DNA of 33,324 nucleotides. It comes from a virus. Lineage: Duplodnaviria > Heunggongvirae > Uroviricota > Caudoviricetes. Shown here one piece after another: positions 18,873 to 26,655 of the stretch (positions are counted from its first letter, which is position 1; each line of letters opens with the position of its first letter). Location: the IMG/VR virus record IMGVR_UViG_2711768068_000019. One strand, 5' to 3'. A program made the position numbers and the translations under genes. The notes beneath the pieces are model-generated. The model was not told the DNA's origin. It saw only the letters and a list, made by a program, of their open reading frames with translations, and searched no databases.

Positions 18873-19946
18873 TTACGCTCCCGGCTCTGCGGTCGCTTTA
18901 GCCGGTGTGGAGAAATCACCGACCTTAATTTTTTCCACCAGACAACCGGCGGCGTAGTCCTCCACCACGTAATCAATGTTCATTGACTCGTAGTTCTCCA
19001 CGCGGTCGAGTTTCGGGTTTTCCTCAATCACGCGGCGATGGCTGTCATCCATGTAGTAGATGGACAGGTTTTCCAGCTTCGTGATGAGCATCGCATCCGC
19101 CGGGAAGTACGGGACGCGTACCGCTGGCAGGTTGCCGATGCGTTTCTGACTGATGATGACGTCAGCGGCCAGCATCTCGCTGTTGTCCTGCTCCTTGTTA
19201 ACGATGGGGAAATACTTGTCCGCCAGTAGCTGACGTCCCACAATCACCACAAGGTCAGGGTCTTCCTGATACCACGGCTCAATCAGGTTGTTGGTCGCAT
19301 CCATCACCAGTGCATCAAGGCTGGCATAATCACCGCCCTTACCCACGCGGATAACCTCAGAGGTGGTGTGCCCTTCCTCGTCAGTGACCTTGCTCATCAC
19401 GCGCGCCGGGGCTTCATTGCGGTATTTCTGCAGCCAGCCGACCGCCACATCCTGCAGCATCGGATTACTGCTGCGGTCAGAGGTTTCGGCACGCTTCACG
19501 CCGTTAAAACCGGCCATGATGAAATCAAGGGACTGGCGTTTGATAATGGCGTTACGGATACGGAGCTGGAAATCCTGATAACGCGCCCACAGGTCCAGCG
19601 TTTTGTAGCGGATATAAAAATCGAAGTTAATCTGGTCGCATTCGTACTTGTTAGACGCCAGCTTCGAGAAGTCCTTCGGCTGACGCTCGGTGCCACCGGC
19701 GGTGTCGGTGGTGCTGGCGATGGAGCCGGTGACACCGATGCCAATTTTTTCCCCTTTCATTTCGCTGACCGGCACAATGTTGATGCGGGTCAGAAAGTCA
19801 GAGGACTCCTGCATGGTGTTCATCAGGGTCTGGGTGACCGACGGTTCAACGGTGAATTTTTTCGACACATCACCGGCGTCGATGCCGTTCAGTTCGGCAA
19901 CACGGGACAGGTAAGCATTAAATTTAAAGCGGGTTTCCTGGCGCAT
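18873..19946 (-). CDS. N: Major capsid protein N
   Basis: 357-aa ORF recognised as P2 gpN. Confidence 0.9.
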   Translation of the reverse strand: MRQETRFKFNAYLSRVAELNGIDAGDVSKKFTVEPSVTQTLMNTMQESSDFLTRINIVPVSEMKGEKIGIGVTGSIASTTDTAGGTERQPKDFSKLASNKYECDQINFDFYIRYKTLDLWARYQDFQLRIRNAIIKRQSLDFIMAGFNGVKRAETSDRSSNPMLQDVAVGWLQKYRNEAPARVMSKVTDEEGHTTSEVIRVGKGGDYASLDALVMDATNNLIEPWYQEDPDLVVIVGRQLLADKYFPIVNKEQDNSEMLAADVIISQKRIGNLPAVRVPYFPADAMLITKLENLSIYYMDDSHRRVIEENPKLDRVENYESMNIDYVVEDYAAGCLVEKIKVGDFSTPAKATAEPGA

Positions 19947-20004
19947 AGTTTTTCCTGAAATTAAGGGTTAATCGTGAAGGTTTTCCCGGACTGACTGACG
20001 CCGG

Positions 20005-20859
20005 TCAGCAGTTCGTCAGCAGGGCATCACCGCCACCGCCGGTGGCTTTGCTGCGGCGCTGCTGGGTCAGACTTTCGGTGTGGTCGAGACTGTTTTTCAG
20101 GCGGGTGAATGCCTGACTGGTTTCATCCGCCCTGTCAGTCACATCCTGCTTAAGTGCGGAAAAGGCGGTTTCCATCTCAGCAAGGCGCTGCTCAGTGGCG
20201 CTCAGTTTTTCCTGCACATGCTCAGCGACAGCGGTCACCGCTTCATGCACGTCATTCAGACGGGCGTCATCGCTGGCCTGTTTGCGGCCAAAAATGGATT
20301 TCACCTTTTCGGTCAGGGCGGTGAACACGGTTTCAGGCAGGTCTTCAAATTCCAGCTCAACAGGCGTTGCCACTGAAATCAGGTTTTCAGGGCTTAATTT
20401 GAAGCGGTTCAGAGGGTTGTGTTTTGCCGTGCGGCAGAATTCCAGGTATTCCGTGCCGAGGCTTGCCGGGTCATCGGTGACGGCCAGACCCACCAGATAA
20501 CATTTGCCGGTATTGGCAAAGTTCGGCTGAATTTCCATTGAGGTATAGACCTTCTGCGCGGCCTTGTTCATCGCGATAAGGTCATCGGTCGGGGTGATTT
20601 TCGCAAACAGCGCCCATTTGCCTTTCAGCGCCGAATCATCGTCAATCTTTTCGGCCTTCAGTTCGGCCACATCGCCATAACGCTTAAAAATACCGTCAGG
20701 CAGGATGCCGCGCAGATGTTCCAGGTTAATGCGGCAACCATAGACACGCGGGTCAAAGGTTTCGGCCATTTCCTGAATATCCTGCGCACTGATGACACGC
20801 CCGTCACAGGTATCACCCTCAACGCCGATACGAAAGAATTTTGAGACTTTTTTTGCCAT
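20005..20859 (-). CDS. O: Capsid scaffolding protein O
   Basis: 284-aa product from the ATG at 20857-20859 (MAKKVSKFFRIGVEG...), matching the P2 gpO length. Confidence 0.9.
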   Translation of the reverse strand: MAKKVSKFFRIGVEGDTCDGRVISAQDIQEMAETFDPRVYGCRINLEHLRGILPDGIFKRYGDVAELKAEKIDDDSALKGKWALFAKITPTDDLIAMNKAAQKVYTSMEIQPNFANTGKCYLVGLAVTDDPASLGTEYLEFCRTAKHNPLNRFKLSPENLISVATPVELEFEDLPETVFTALTEKVKSIFGRKQASDDARLNDVHEAVTAVAEHVQEKLSATEQRLAEMETAFSALKQDVTDRADETSQAFTRLKNSLDHTESLTQQRRSKATGGGGDALLTNC

Positions 20860-21032
20860 TGTCAGGAGTCCTGAATAGTGATTAGAGGAGTCACATGTCG
20901 GCATCAGTTTCCCGACGATGCGCATCCTCCGCCATCAGTCCCGGATGGCTTATCACTGACACAACAGCACCTTAGCGAATCGCGGGGCGCGACTCAGTAG
21001 CCTTGCCGTGTATTCATCACGGCGAGGTATTC
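20860..21032. promoter_or_regulatory. Divergent late promoter region between O and P
   Basis: Intergenic region between divergently transcribed O (-) and P (+). Only imperfect matches to the Ogr-site dyad TGT-N12-ACA were found (GTG-N12-ACA about 20878..20895; TGG-N12-ACA about 20946..20963). Placement is by synteny with P2. Confidence 0.35.
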
Positions 21033-22805
21033 ATGACCATCACCACAGACACCACTCTTTTACACGACCCGCGTCGTCAGGCGGCGCTGCTGTACTGGCA
21101 GGGGTTTTCCGTGCCGCAGATTGCCGCCATGTTGCAGATGAAACGCCCGACGGTGCAGAGCTGGAAACAGCGCGACGGCTGGGACAGCGTTGCCCCCATC
21201 AGCCGTGTCGAAATGAGTCTGGAAGCGCGGCTGACCCAGCTCATCATCAAACCGCAGAAAACCGGCGGTGACTTCAAGGAAATTGACCTTCTGGGACGCC
21301 AGATTGAACGACTGGCACGGGTAAACCGTTACAGTCAGACCGGCAACGAGGCAGACCTTAATCCGAACGTCGCTAACCGCAACAAAGGCGGGCGTCGCAA
21401 ACCGAAAAAGAATTTTTTCAGTGACGAGGCCATCGAAAAGCTGGAGCAGATTTTCTTTGAGCAGTCTTTCGACTATCAGTTGCACTGGTATCGCGCCGGG
21501 CTTGAGCACCGCATCCGCGATATCCTGAAATCCCGCCAGATTGGCGCGACGTTTTATTTTTCCCGCGAGGCGCTGCTGCGCGCCCTGAAAACCGGTCATA
21601 ACCAGATTTTTCTGTCGGCCAGTAAAACGCAGGCGTATGTGTTCCGCGAATACATCATCGCCTTTGCCCGGCTGGTTGACGTTGACCTGACCGGTGACCC
21701 GATTGTCCTGGGCAATAACGGCGCAAAACTGATTTTTCTCGGCACCAACTCCAACACCGCGCAGAGCCATAACGGCGACCTGTACGTCGACGAGATTTTC
21801 TGGATCCCGAATTTTCAGGTACTGCGTAAGGTGGCATCAGGTATGGCCTCACAGAGTCACCTGCGCTCGACCTATTTCTCCACCCCGTCCACGCTGGCGC
21901 ACGACGCCTACCCGTTCTGGTCGGGTGAACTGTTCAACCGGGGACGCGCCAGCGCCGCCGAACGCGTGGAAATCGATGTCAGTCATAACGCCCTTGCCGG
22001 TGGGCTTCTCTGTGCGGACGGCCAGTGGCGGCAGATTGTCACCATTGAGGACGCCCTGAAAGGTGGCTGCACGCTGTTCGACATTGAGCAGCTTAAACGC
22101 GAAAACAGCGCCGACGATTTTAAAAACCTGTTCATGTGTGAATTTGTTGACGACAAGGCGTCGGTGTTCCCGTTCGAGGAGCTGCAACGCTGCATGGTCG
22201 ACACGCTGGAAGAATGGGAAGACTATGCACCCTTTGCCGCAAATCCGTTCGGTTCCCGCCCGGTATGGATTGGTTACGACCCGTCACACCGTGGCGACAG
22301 CGCCGGATGCGTGGTGCTGGCACCGCCGGTGGTGGCCGGTGGCAAATTCAGAATACTTGAGCGTCACCAGTGGAAAGGCATGGACTTTGCCACTCAGGCT
22401 GAATCCATCCGCAAACTCACCGAAAAATATAACGTCGAATACATCGGTATTGATGCCACCGGCCTCGGTGTCGGCGTGTTCCAGCTCGTGCGCTCGTTCT
22501 ATCCCGCCGCGCGCGATATCCGCTACACGCCGGAAATGAAAACTGCAATGGTGCTCAAGGCAAAAGACGTTATCCGCCGTGGCTGTCTGGAATATGACGT
22601 CAGCGCCACCGATATCACCAGCTCGTTCATGGCTATCCGCAAGACCATGACCAGCAGCGGACGCAGCGCCACCTATGAGGCCAGCCGCAGCGAGGAAGCC
22701 AGCCACGCCGACCTCGCCTGGGCGACCATGCACGCCCTGTTAAATGAGCCACTCACCGCCGGTATCAGCACTCCGCTGACATCCACCATTCTGGAGTTTT
22801 ACTGA
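21033..22805 (+). CDS. P: Terminase ATPase (large) subunit P
   Basis: 590-aa product from the ATG at 21033 (MTITTDTTLLHDPRRQAALLYWQGF...), preceded by an AGG Shine-Dalgarno-like motif; the track ORF begins 10 codons upstream at a TTG. Confidence 0.9.
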   Translation: MTITTDTTLLHDPRRQAALLYWQGFSVPQIAAMLQMKRPTVQSWKQRDGWDSVAPISRVEMSLEARLTQLIIKPQKTGGDFKEIDLLGRQIERLARVNRYSQTGNEADLNPNVANRNKGGRRKPKKNFFSDEAIEKLEQIFFEQSFDYQLHWYRAGLEHRIRDILKSRQIGATFYFSREALLRALKTGHNQIFLSASKTQAYVFREYIIAFARLVDVDLTGDPIVLGNNGAKLIFLGTNSNTAQSHNGDLYVDEIFWIPNFQVLRKVASGMASQSHLRSTYFSTPSTLAHDAYPFWSGELFNRGRASAAERVEIDVSHNALAGGLLCADGQWRQIVTIEDALKGGCTLFDIEQLKRENSADDFKNLFMCEFVDDKASVFPFEELQRCMVDTLEEWEDYAPFAANPFGSRPVWIGYDPSHRGDSAGCVVLAPPVVAGGKFRILERHQWKGMDFATQAESIRKLTEKYNVEYIGIDATGLGVGVFQLVRSFYPAARDIRYTPEMKTAMVLKAKDVIRRGCLEYDVSATDITSSFMAIRKTMTSSGRSATYEASRSEEASHADLAWATMHALLNEPLTAGISTPLTSTILEFY

Positions 22806-23839
22806 TGAGCAAGAAAAAAGGGAAAACACCGCAACCTGCGGCAAAAAAAATGACTGCCAGCGCCCCGAAAATGGAGGCATTCACCTTTGGTGAGCCGGTG
22901 CCGGTGCTCGACCGCCGTGACATTCTGGATTACGTCGAATGCATCAGTAACGGCAGATGGTATGAGCCGCCGGTCAGCTTTACCGGTCTGGCAAAAAGCC
23001 TGCGTGCTGCCGTGCATCACAGCTCACCGATTTACGTCAAACGTAATATTCTGGCCTCGACATTTATCCCGCATCCATGGCTTTCCCAGCAGGATTTCAG
23101 CCGCTTTGTGCTGGATTTTCTGGTATTTGGTAATGCATTTCTGGAAAAGCGTTACAGCACCACCGGTAAGGTCATCAGACTGGAAACCTCACCGGCAAAA
23201 TATACCCGCCGTGGTGTGGAAGAGGATATTTACTGGTGGGTGCCGTCCTTCAACGAGCCGACAGCCTTCGCGCCCGGCTCCGTGTTTCACCTGCTGGAGC
23301 CGGATATTAATCAGGAGCTGTACGGCCTGCCGGAATATCTCAGCGCCCTTAACTCTGCCTGGCTGAATGAGTCGGCCACGCTGTTCCGCCGCAAGTATTA
23401 CGAAAATGGCGCACATGCCGGATACATCATGTACGTCACCGATGCCGTGCAGGATCGCAACGATATCGAAATGCTCCGCGAAAACATGGTTAAGTCGAAA
23501 GGCCGCAACAACTTTAAAAATCTGTTTCTCTATGCCCCACAGGGGAAAGCCGACGGCATTAAAATTATCCCCCTCAGTGAAGTGGCGACGAAGGACGATT
23601 TTTTTAATATCAAAAAAGCCAGCGCCGCTGACCTGCTGGACGCGCACCGCATCCCCTTTCAGTTGATGGGCGGCAAGCCGGAGAACGTCGGGTCGCTGGG
23701 TGATATAGAGAAAGTGGCAAAGGTCTTTGTCCGCAATGAGCTTATCCCGTTACAGGACAGGATCCGCGAGATAAACGGCTGGCTCGGTCAGGAGGTCATC
23801 CGCTTTAAAAACTACTCACTGGACACTGACAACGGCTGA
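22805..23839 (+). CDS. Q: Portal protein Q
   Basis: 344-aa ORF whose ATG overlaps the P stop (ATGA); recognised as P2 gpQ. Confidence 0.9.
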   Translation: MSKKKGKTPQPAAKKMTASAPKMEAFTFGEPVPVLDRRDILDYVECISNGRWYEPPVSFTGLAKSLRAAVHHSSPIYVKRNILASTFIPHPWLSQQDFSRFVLDFLVFGNAFLEKRYSTTGKVIRLETSPAKYTRRGVEEDIYWWVPSFNEPTAFAPGSVFHLLEPDINQELYGLPEYLSALNSAWLNESATLFRRKYYENGAHAGYIMYVTDAVQDRNDIEMLRENMVKSKGRNNFKNLFLYAPQGKADGIKIIPLSEVATKDDFFNIKKASAADLLDAHRIPFQLMGGKPENVGSLGDIEKVAKVFVRNELIPLQDRIREINGWLGQEVIRFKNYSLDTDNG

Positions 23840-23844
23840 ACATC

Positions 23845-23866
23845 GCCGCCTGCGGGCGGCTTTTTT
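23845..23866 (+). terminator. Rho-independent terminator downstream of Q
   Basis: GCCGCC-TGCG-GGCGGC hairpin followed by TTTTTT, starting 6 nt after the Q stop. Confidence 0.75.
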
Positions 23867-24008
23867 ACACCCCGCCATCACGCCCTCACACGCTCACCAC
23901 CGCACAAAACAGCCCGCATACACACCAACGCCCCGGCGAACAATCTAAACGCCATCACAACGCGCTCAGACGCTGAAAAAATAAAATCAGCACCACCGCC
24001 AGCGCGCA

Positions 24009-24027
24009 GTGCTTTCCCCGCCTCGCC
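24009..24027. other. cos cohesive-end sequence (19-mer)
   Basis: gtgctttccccgcctcgcc is the reverse complement of GGCGAGGCGGGGAAAGCAC, which I recall as the P2 cohesive end; it lies where cos is expected, between Q and the accessory genes. Confidence 0.6.
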
Positions 24028-24168
24028 CGCCCGCTTCATGGGTCGGTTTTAATGCAGTTGCATGACCACTCTAGGTTTCCGCCAGGTCTGCTTACTCTTA
24101 GCTATAACAAGGAAACCTAGTGCATGCAAAATCATGCATTAACTTGACGCATGATTTTAGTGATGGAA

Positions 24169-24708
24169 TCAATCATCATGATGAGAGAACCTAGCATTTA
24201 CTATTCTTGAGTGAAGATTGTTTGCAAATGATAAGTTGCTTAAAATAACACTAAACACACACTTTATTTGTAACCAGCACATAAAATAAACAAAGGTGAT
24301 TCCAATCATTCTAATAAGATCAGAATACACCACTGAACTCGATAGCACAGAGCCTATTGATTTAAACAGATAAACAAACAAAATCGAAAGCATTACTACT
24401 GCTGAAGTAATTACAACGTAAATTAGCTTTTCAATTCGAGGTGCATCTTTCGTATTCTTTATGTAATCAACATCATCATTGACAATGCTTGCAATTGCAT
24501 TCGGATATAAAAAACCAATCCATAATCCAACTATGGTAAAAATTGCAGCAGATATGTTTTGCAAAACACCCAGTATATCTTTTATATCACTATAGTTAAC
24601 ATAAGCTTTCAGCCAATAGGAGGCCACAGCAATTAGAAATAGAATTAACAAATTCCATTTCCATTGTATTATCAATGCCTTTAAATCCTTACTTGTTTGA
24701 GGTGACAT
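24169..24708 (-). CDS. Hypothetical small integral membrane protein (4 predicted transmembrane helices), second gene of an AT-rich cargo operon
   Basis: 179-aa ORF. Its ATG directly follows the upstream TAA (TAAATG) and is preceded by GGAGG within the upstream gene's 3' end. Four hydrophobic stretches of about 17-23 residues. About 30% GC by eye. Confidence 0.7.
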   Translation of the reverse strand: MSPQTSKDLKALIIQWKWNLLILFLIAVASYWLKAYVNYSDIKDILGVLQNISAAIFTIVGLWIGFLYPNAIASIVNDDVDYIKNTKDAPRIEKLIYVVITSAVVMLSILFVYLFKSIGSVLSSSVVYSDLIRMIGITFVYFMCWLQIKCVFSVILSNLSFANNLHSRIVNARFSHHDD

Positions 24709-25836
24709 TTATGCCTCCGCCGTTTTTAAAGATTTTTCTTCCACCTCTTCATTATAAAGGATTGTTTGGAGTAAATCATCACGAACAGCCTTTATTTCAT
24801 GAAGGAGTTTTTCTGGAGAGAAATGCTCATCTCCGGTAGAATCGCTGACAATTAATGCAGTTCTCGCCATATATTTTTTTAACCATAATGGGCGAGATGA
24901 ATCTTTAAGAACAAAGCCAACATCAACCCAGTCAACATCATCTACATTTCTATCCAATAGTTGTTTTATCTCCTCTTCCGAAGGAGCACCATCTACTCGA
25001 ACCTCAATTTTTTTAGGTTTTGTAAACTTGGTTTGTTCTGTTCCCAAGAAATCCGATAGTACATTACTCACCAGACGTAATAACGGTTGCCGGGTATCCT
25101 CAACTTTTGCGACCGTAGTATCACGAATAATTGTCTGAACAATTTTATCTCGTACATCAAGAATATTCGTCCCTGGTTTATTAACCTTCGTCACTTCAGC
25201 CTTAAATTTAAAAACGCAATTACACTTGCGTCCATTTTCATCTACATGCTTGAAAATTGTTTTAGAAATAAGAATGTCATCTTCCGAACATGAAGAACGA
25301 GCTCTAGTAAATGAGGTAGTATCCTTTTCCCTACCAAAATCACCGTGATTTACTACAAAATTAAAAATATAATTGCTTAACCTCGGTGTATCTGCACCTG
25401 AATGAGGAAATATAATGGATGCAATCTTGTTATATTCAGGAATTATCCAATAATAACATGGCTCAACCCAAATATAGTCTTTTCCATTCGTTTCTGTCTT
25501 TACTGTATCATTTTCTGTAGCACCAACAGGTGCGTTTTTTTTAACAGCGTGCAAACGTCCCTTCGCGGAACCTAATGCGCGATACATTACCATCACCCGA
25601 TCTTTTGTATCGGGATCGACAGCCACTCCTCGTGAGTAAGTTCTGGCTCTTAGCGGATGAGTTCCCGTATCCCACGGAATTGACTCCTCAACGCTTTTGT
25701 CATCAAGCCAAGCCTGCAACGCGTCAAAGATCTCATCAAGTGTTCCGAATTTATGCTCTAATTCTTCTGCGTTTTTCTTCAGTCTGTAAAAACCACAAGC
25801 CTTGATATCAAAGAACGTAACGATTCCAGTTTCCAT
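24709..25836 (-). CDS. Hypothetical protein (375 aa), first gene of an AT-rich cargo operon at the P2 tin/old position
   Basis: ORF with the ATG at 25834-25836 (METGIVTFFDIKACGFYRLKK...); the track ORF begins 21 codons upstream at a TTG. No transmembrane segment and no Walker A motif. Low GC. No family recognised. Confidence 0.7.
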   Translation of the reverse strand: METGIVTFFDIKACGFYRLKKNAEELEHKFGTLDEIFDALQAWLDDKSVEESIPWDTGTHPLRARTYSRGVAVDPDTKDRVMVMYRALGSAKGRLHAVKKNAPVGATENDTVKTETNGKDYIWVEPCYYWIIPEYNKIASIIFPHSGADTPRLSNYIFNFVVNHGDFGREKDTTSFTRARSSCSEDDILISKTIFKHVDENGRKCNCVFKFKAEVTKVNKPGTNILDVRDKIVQTIIRDTTVAKVEDTRQPLLRLVSNVLSDFLGTEQTKFTKPKKIEVRVDGAPSEEEIKQLLDRNVDDVDWVDVGFVLKDSSRPLWLKKYMARTALIVSDSTGDEHFSPEKLLHEIKAVRDDLLQTILYNEEVEEKSLKTAEA

Positions 25837-25993
25837 CACTTTCCCTACGAAGCGGTAAAAAATCCCCAGAACAATAAGGGATCTATGCAAAAGGTTCAAT
25901 GCTCAAGATTATCACCTAGTATGCTAACGCCTCCGCAGATGAGTTGTTCACCCCGCCAACCCTGAAAACAAGTTTCACGACTGGCGGCGCTCT

Positions 25994-26200
25994 CTATCGT
26001 CTGCGTGGTGGTGGCGCAACTCTGGACTGACCGATATAGTTAAACCGCCCGTAATTATCCCGGACTATTTCGGCACACCCGACTAGCTCATCGGGCGTCA
26101 GATTTTCGTTGACCATAATCTGCTGTAGACGGTGAACAATGGCCATCAGCTTGATATTTTTAGTTTTATGGTGCGGTATCTCGCCTGGTATTCTGTGCAT
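25994..26200 (-). CDS. Hypothetical small protein (about 68 aa)
   Basis: ATG at 26198-26200 overlaps the stop of the upstream gene by one base (TAATG), suggesting translational coupling; the track ORF begins at a GTG 4 codons upstream. No homolog recognised. Confidence 0.35.
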   Translation of the reverse strand: MHRIPGEIPHHKTKNIKLMAIVHRLQQIMVNENLTPDELVGCAEIVRDNYGRFNYIGQSRVAPPPRRR

Positions 26201-26655
26201 TATCCAAGCCACCCATTTTGCTTTGCACGCTCCACCTGTTCATCTGAATAGTTCCATGCTCCATCCGTGGCAACCATTGCCCCGCCAGACATCCCCGTCT
26301 CTGGTTCATACATAACAGCAAGGCCGAGCTGATGCATAATTTCATGATTAATTCTGAATACCAGACCACGCTCACTAAGTTCTTTCCAGTTCACAATCTC
26401 ATATGCGCCTGTATTAAGCAGCTCAATACTTAGCAAGACATAATCTACCAGCCAGTCTGACAGGTCAGTAACATCTGTTATCCGGGCTTCAACCTTTCGC
26501 CCCGTGTACACACCCTGCACCCATTCATGCAAAATCAACGTGTCCCCGCGCTCATAATTACGGTCATTTTTCCGAAACTCTGCGCGTTTCTTTCCTTCCA
26601 GCACAAGGTCGAAATATTTTGCGTGCAGCTTTACCTCGTGAATTTTTGCCATCAT
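26200..26655 (-). CDS. ASCH/PUA-like (DUF3850-like) domain protein with a C-terminal extension containing an HExxH motif
   Basis: 151-aa product from the ATG overlapping the A stop (ATGA), preceded by GGAG. The N-terminus (MAKIHEVKLHAKYFDLVLEGKKRAEFRKNDRNYERGDTLILHEW...) resembles ASCH/DUF3850 proteins as I recall them. The C-terminal region contains HEIMH. Confidence 0.7.
   Translation of the reverse strand: MMAKIHEVKLHAKYFDLVLEGKKRAEFRKNDRNYERGDTLILHEWVQGVYTGRKVEARITDVTDLSDWLVDYVLLSIELLNTGAYEIVNWKELSERGLVFRINHEIMHQLGLAVMYEPETGMSGGAMVATDGAWNYSDEQVERAKQNGWLG

Noticed and set aside
21060-21770. 236-aa minus-strand ORF inside the terminase gene P
   Set aside because: Antisense to a highly conserved terminase gene; no independent support.
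26166-26375. 69-aa minus-strand ORF overlapping the ASCH-like gene in another frame
   Set aside because: Fully nested within a better-supported ORF with no start context of its own.
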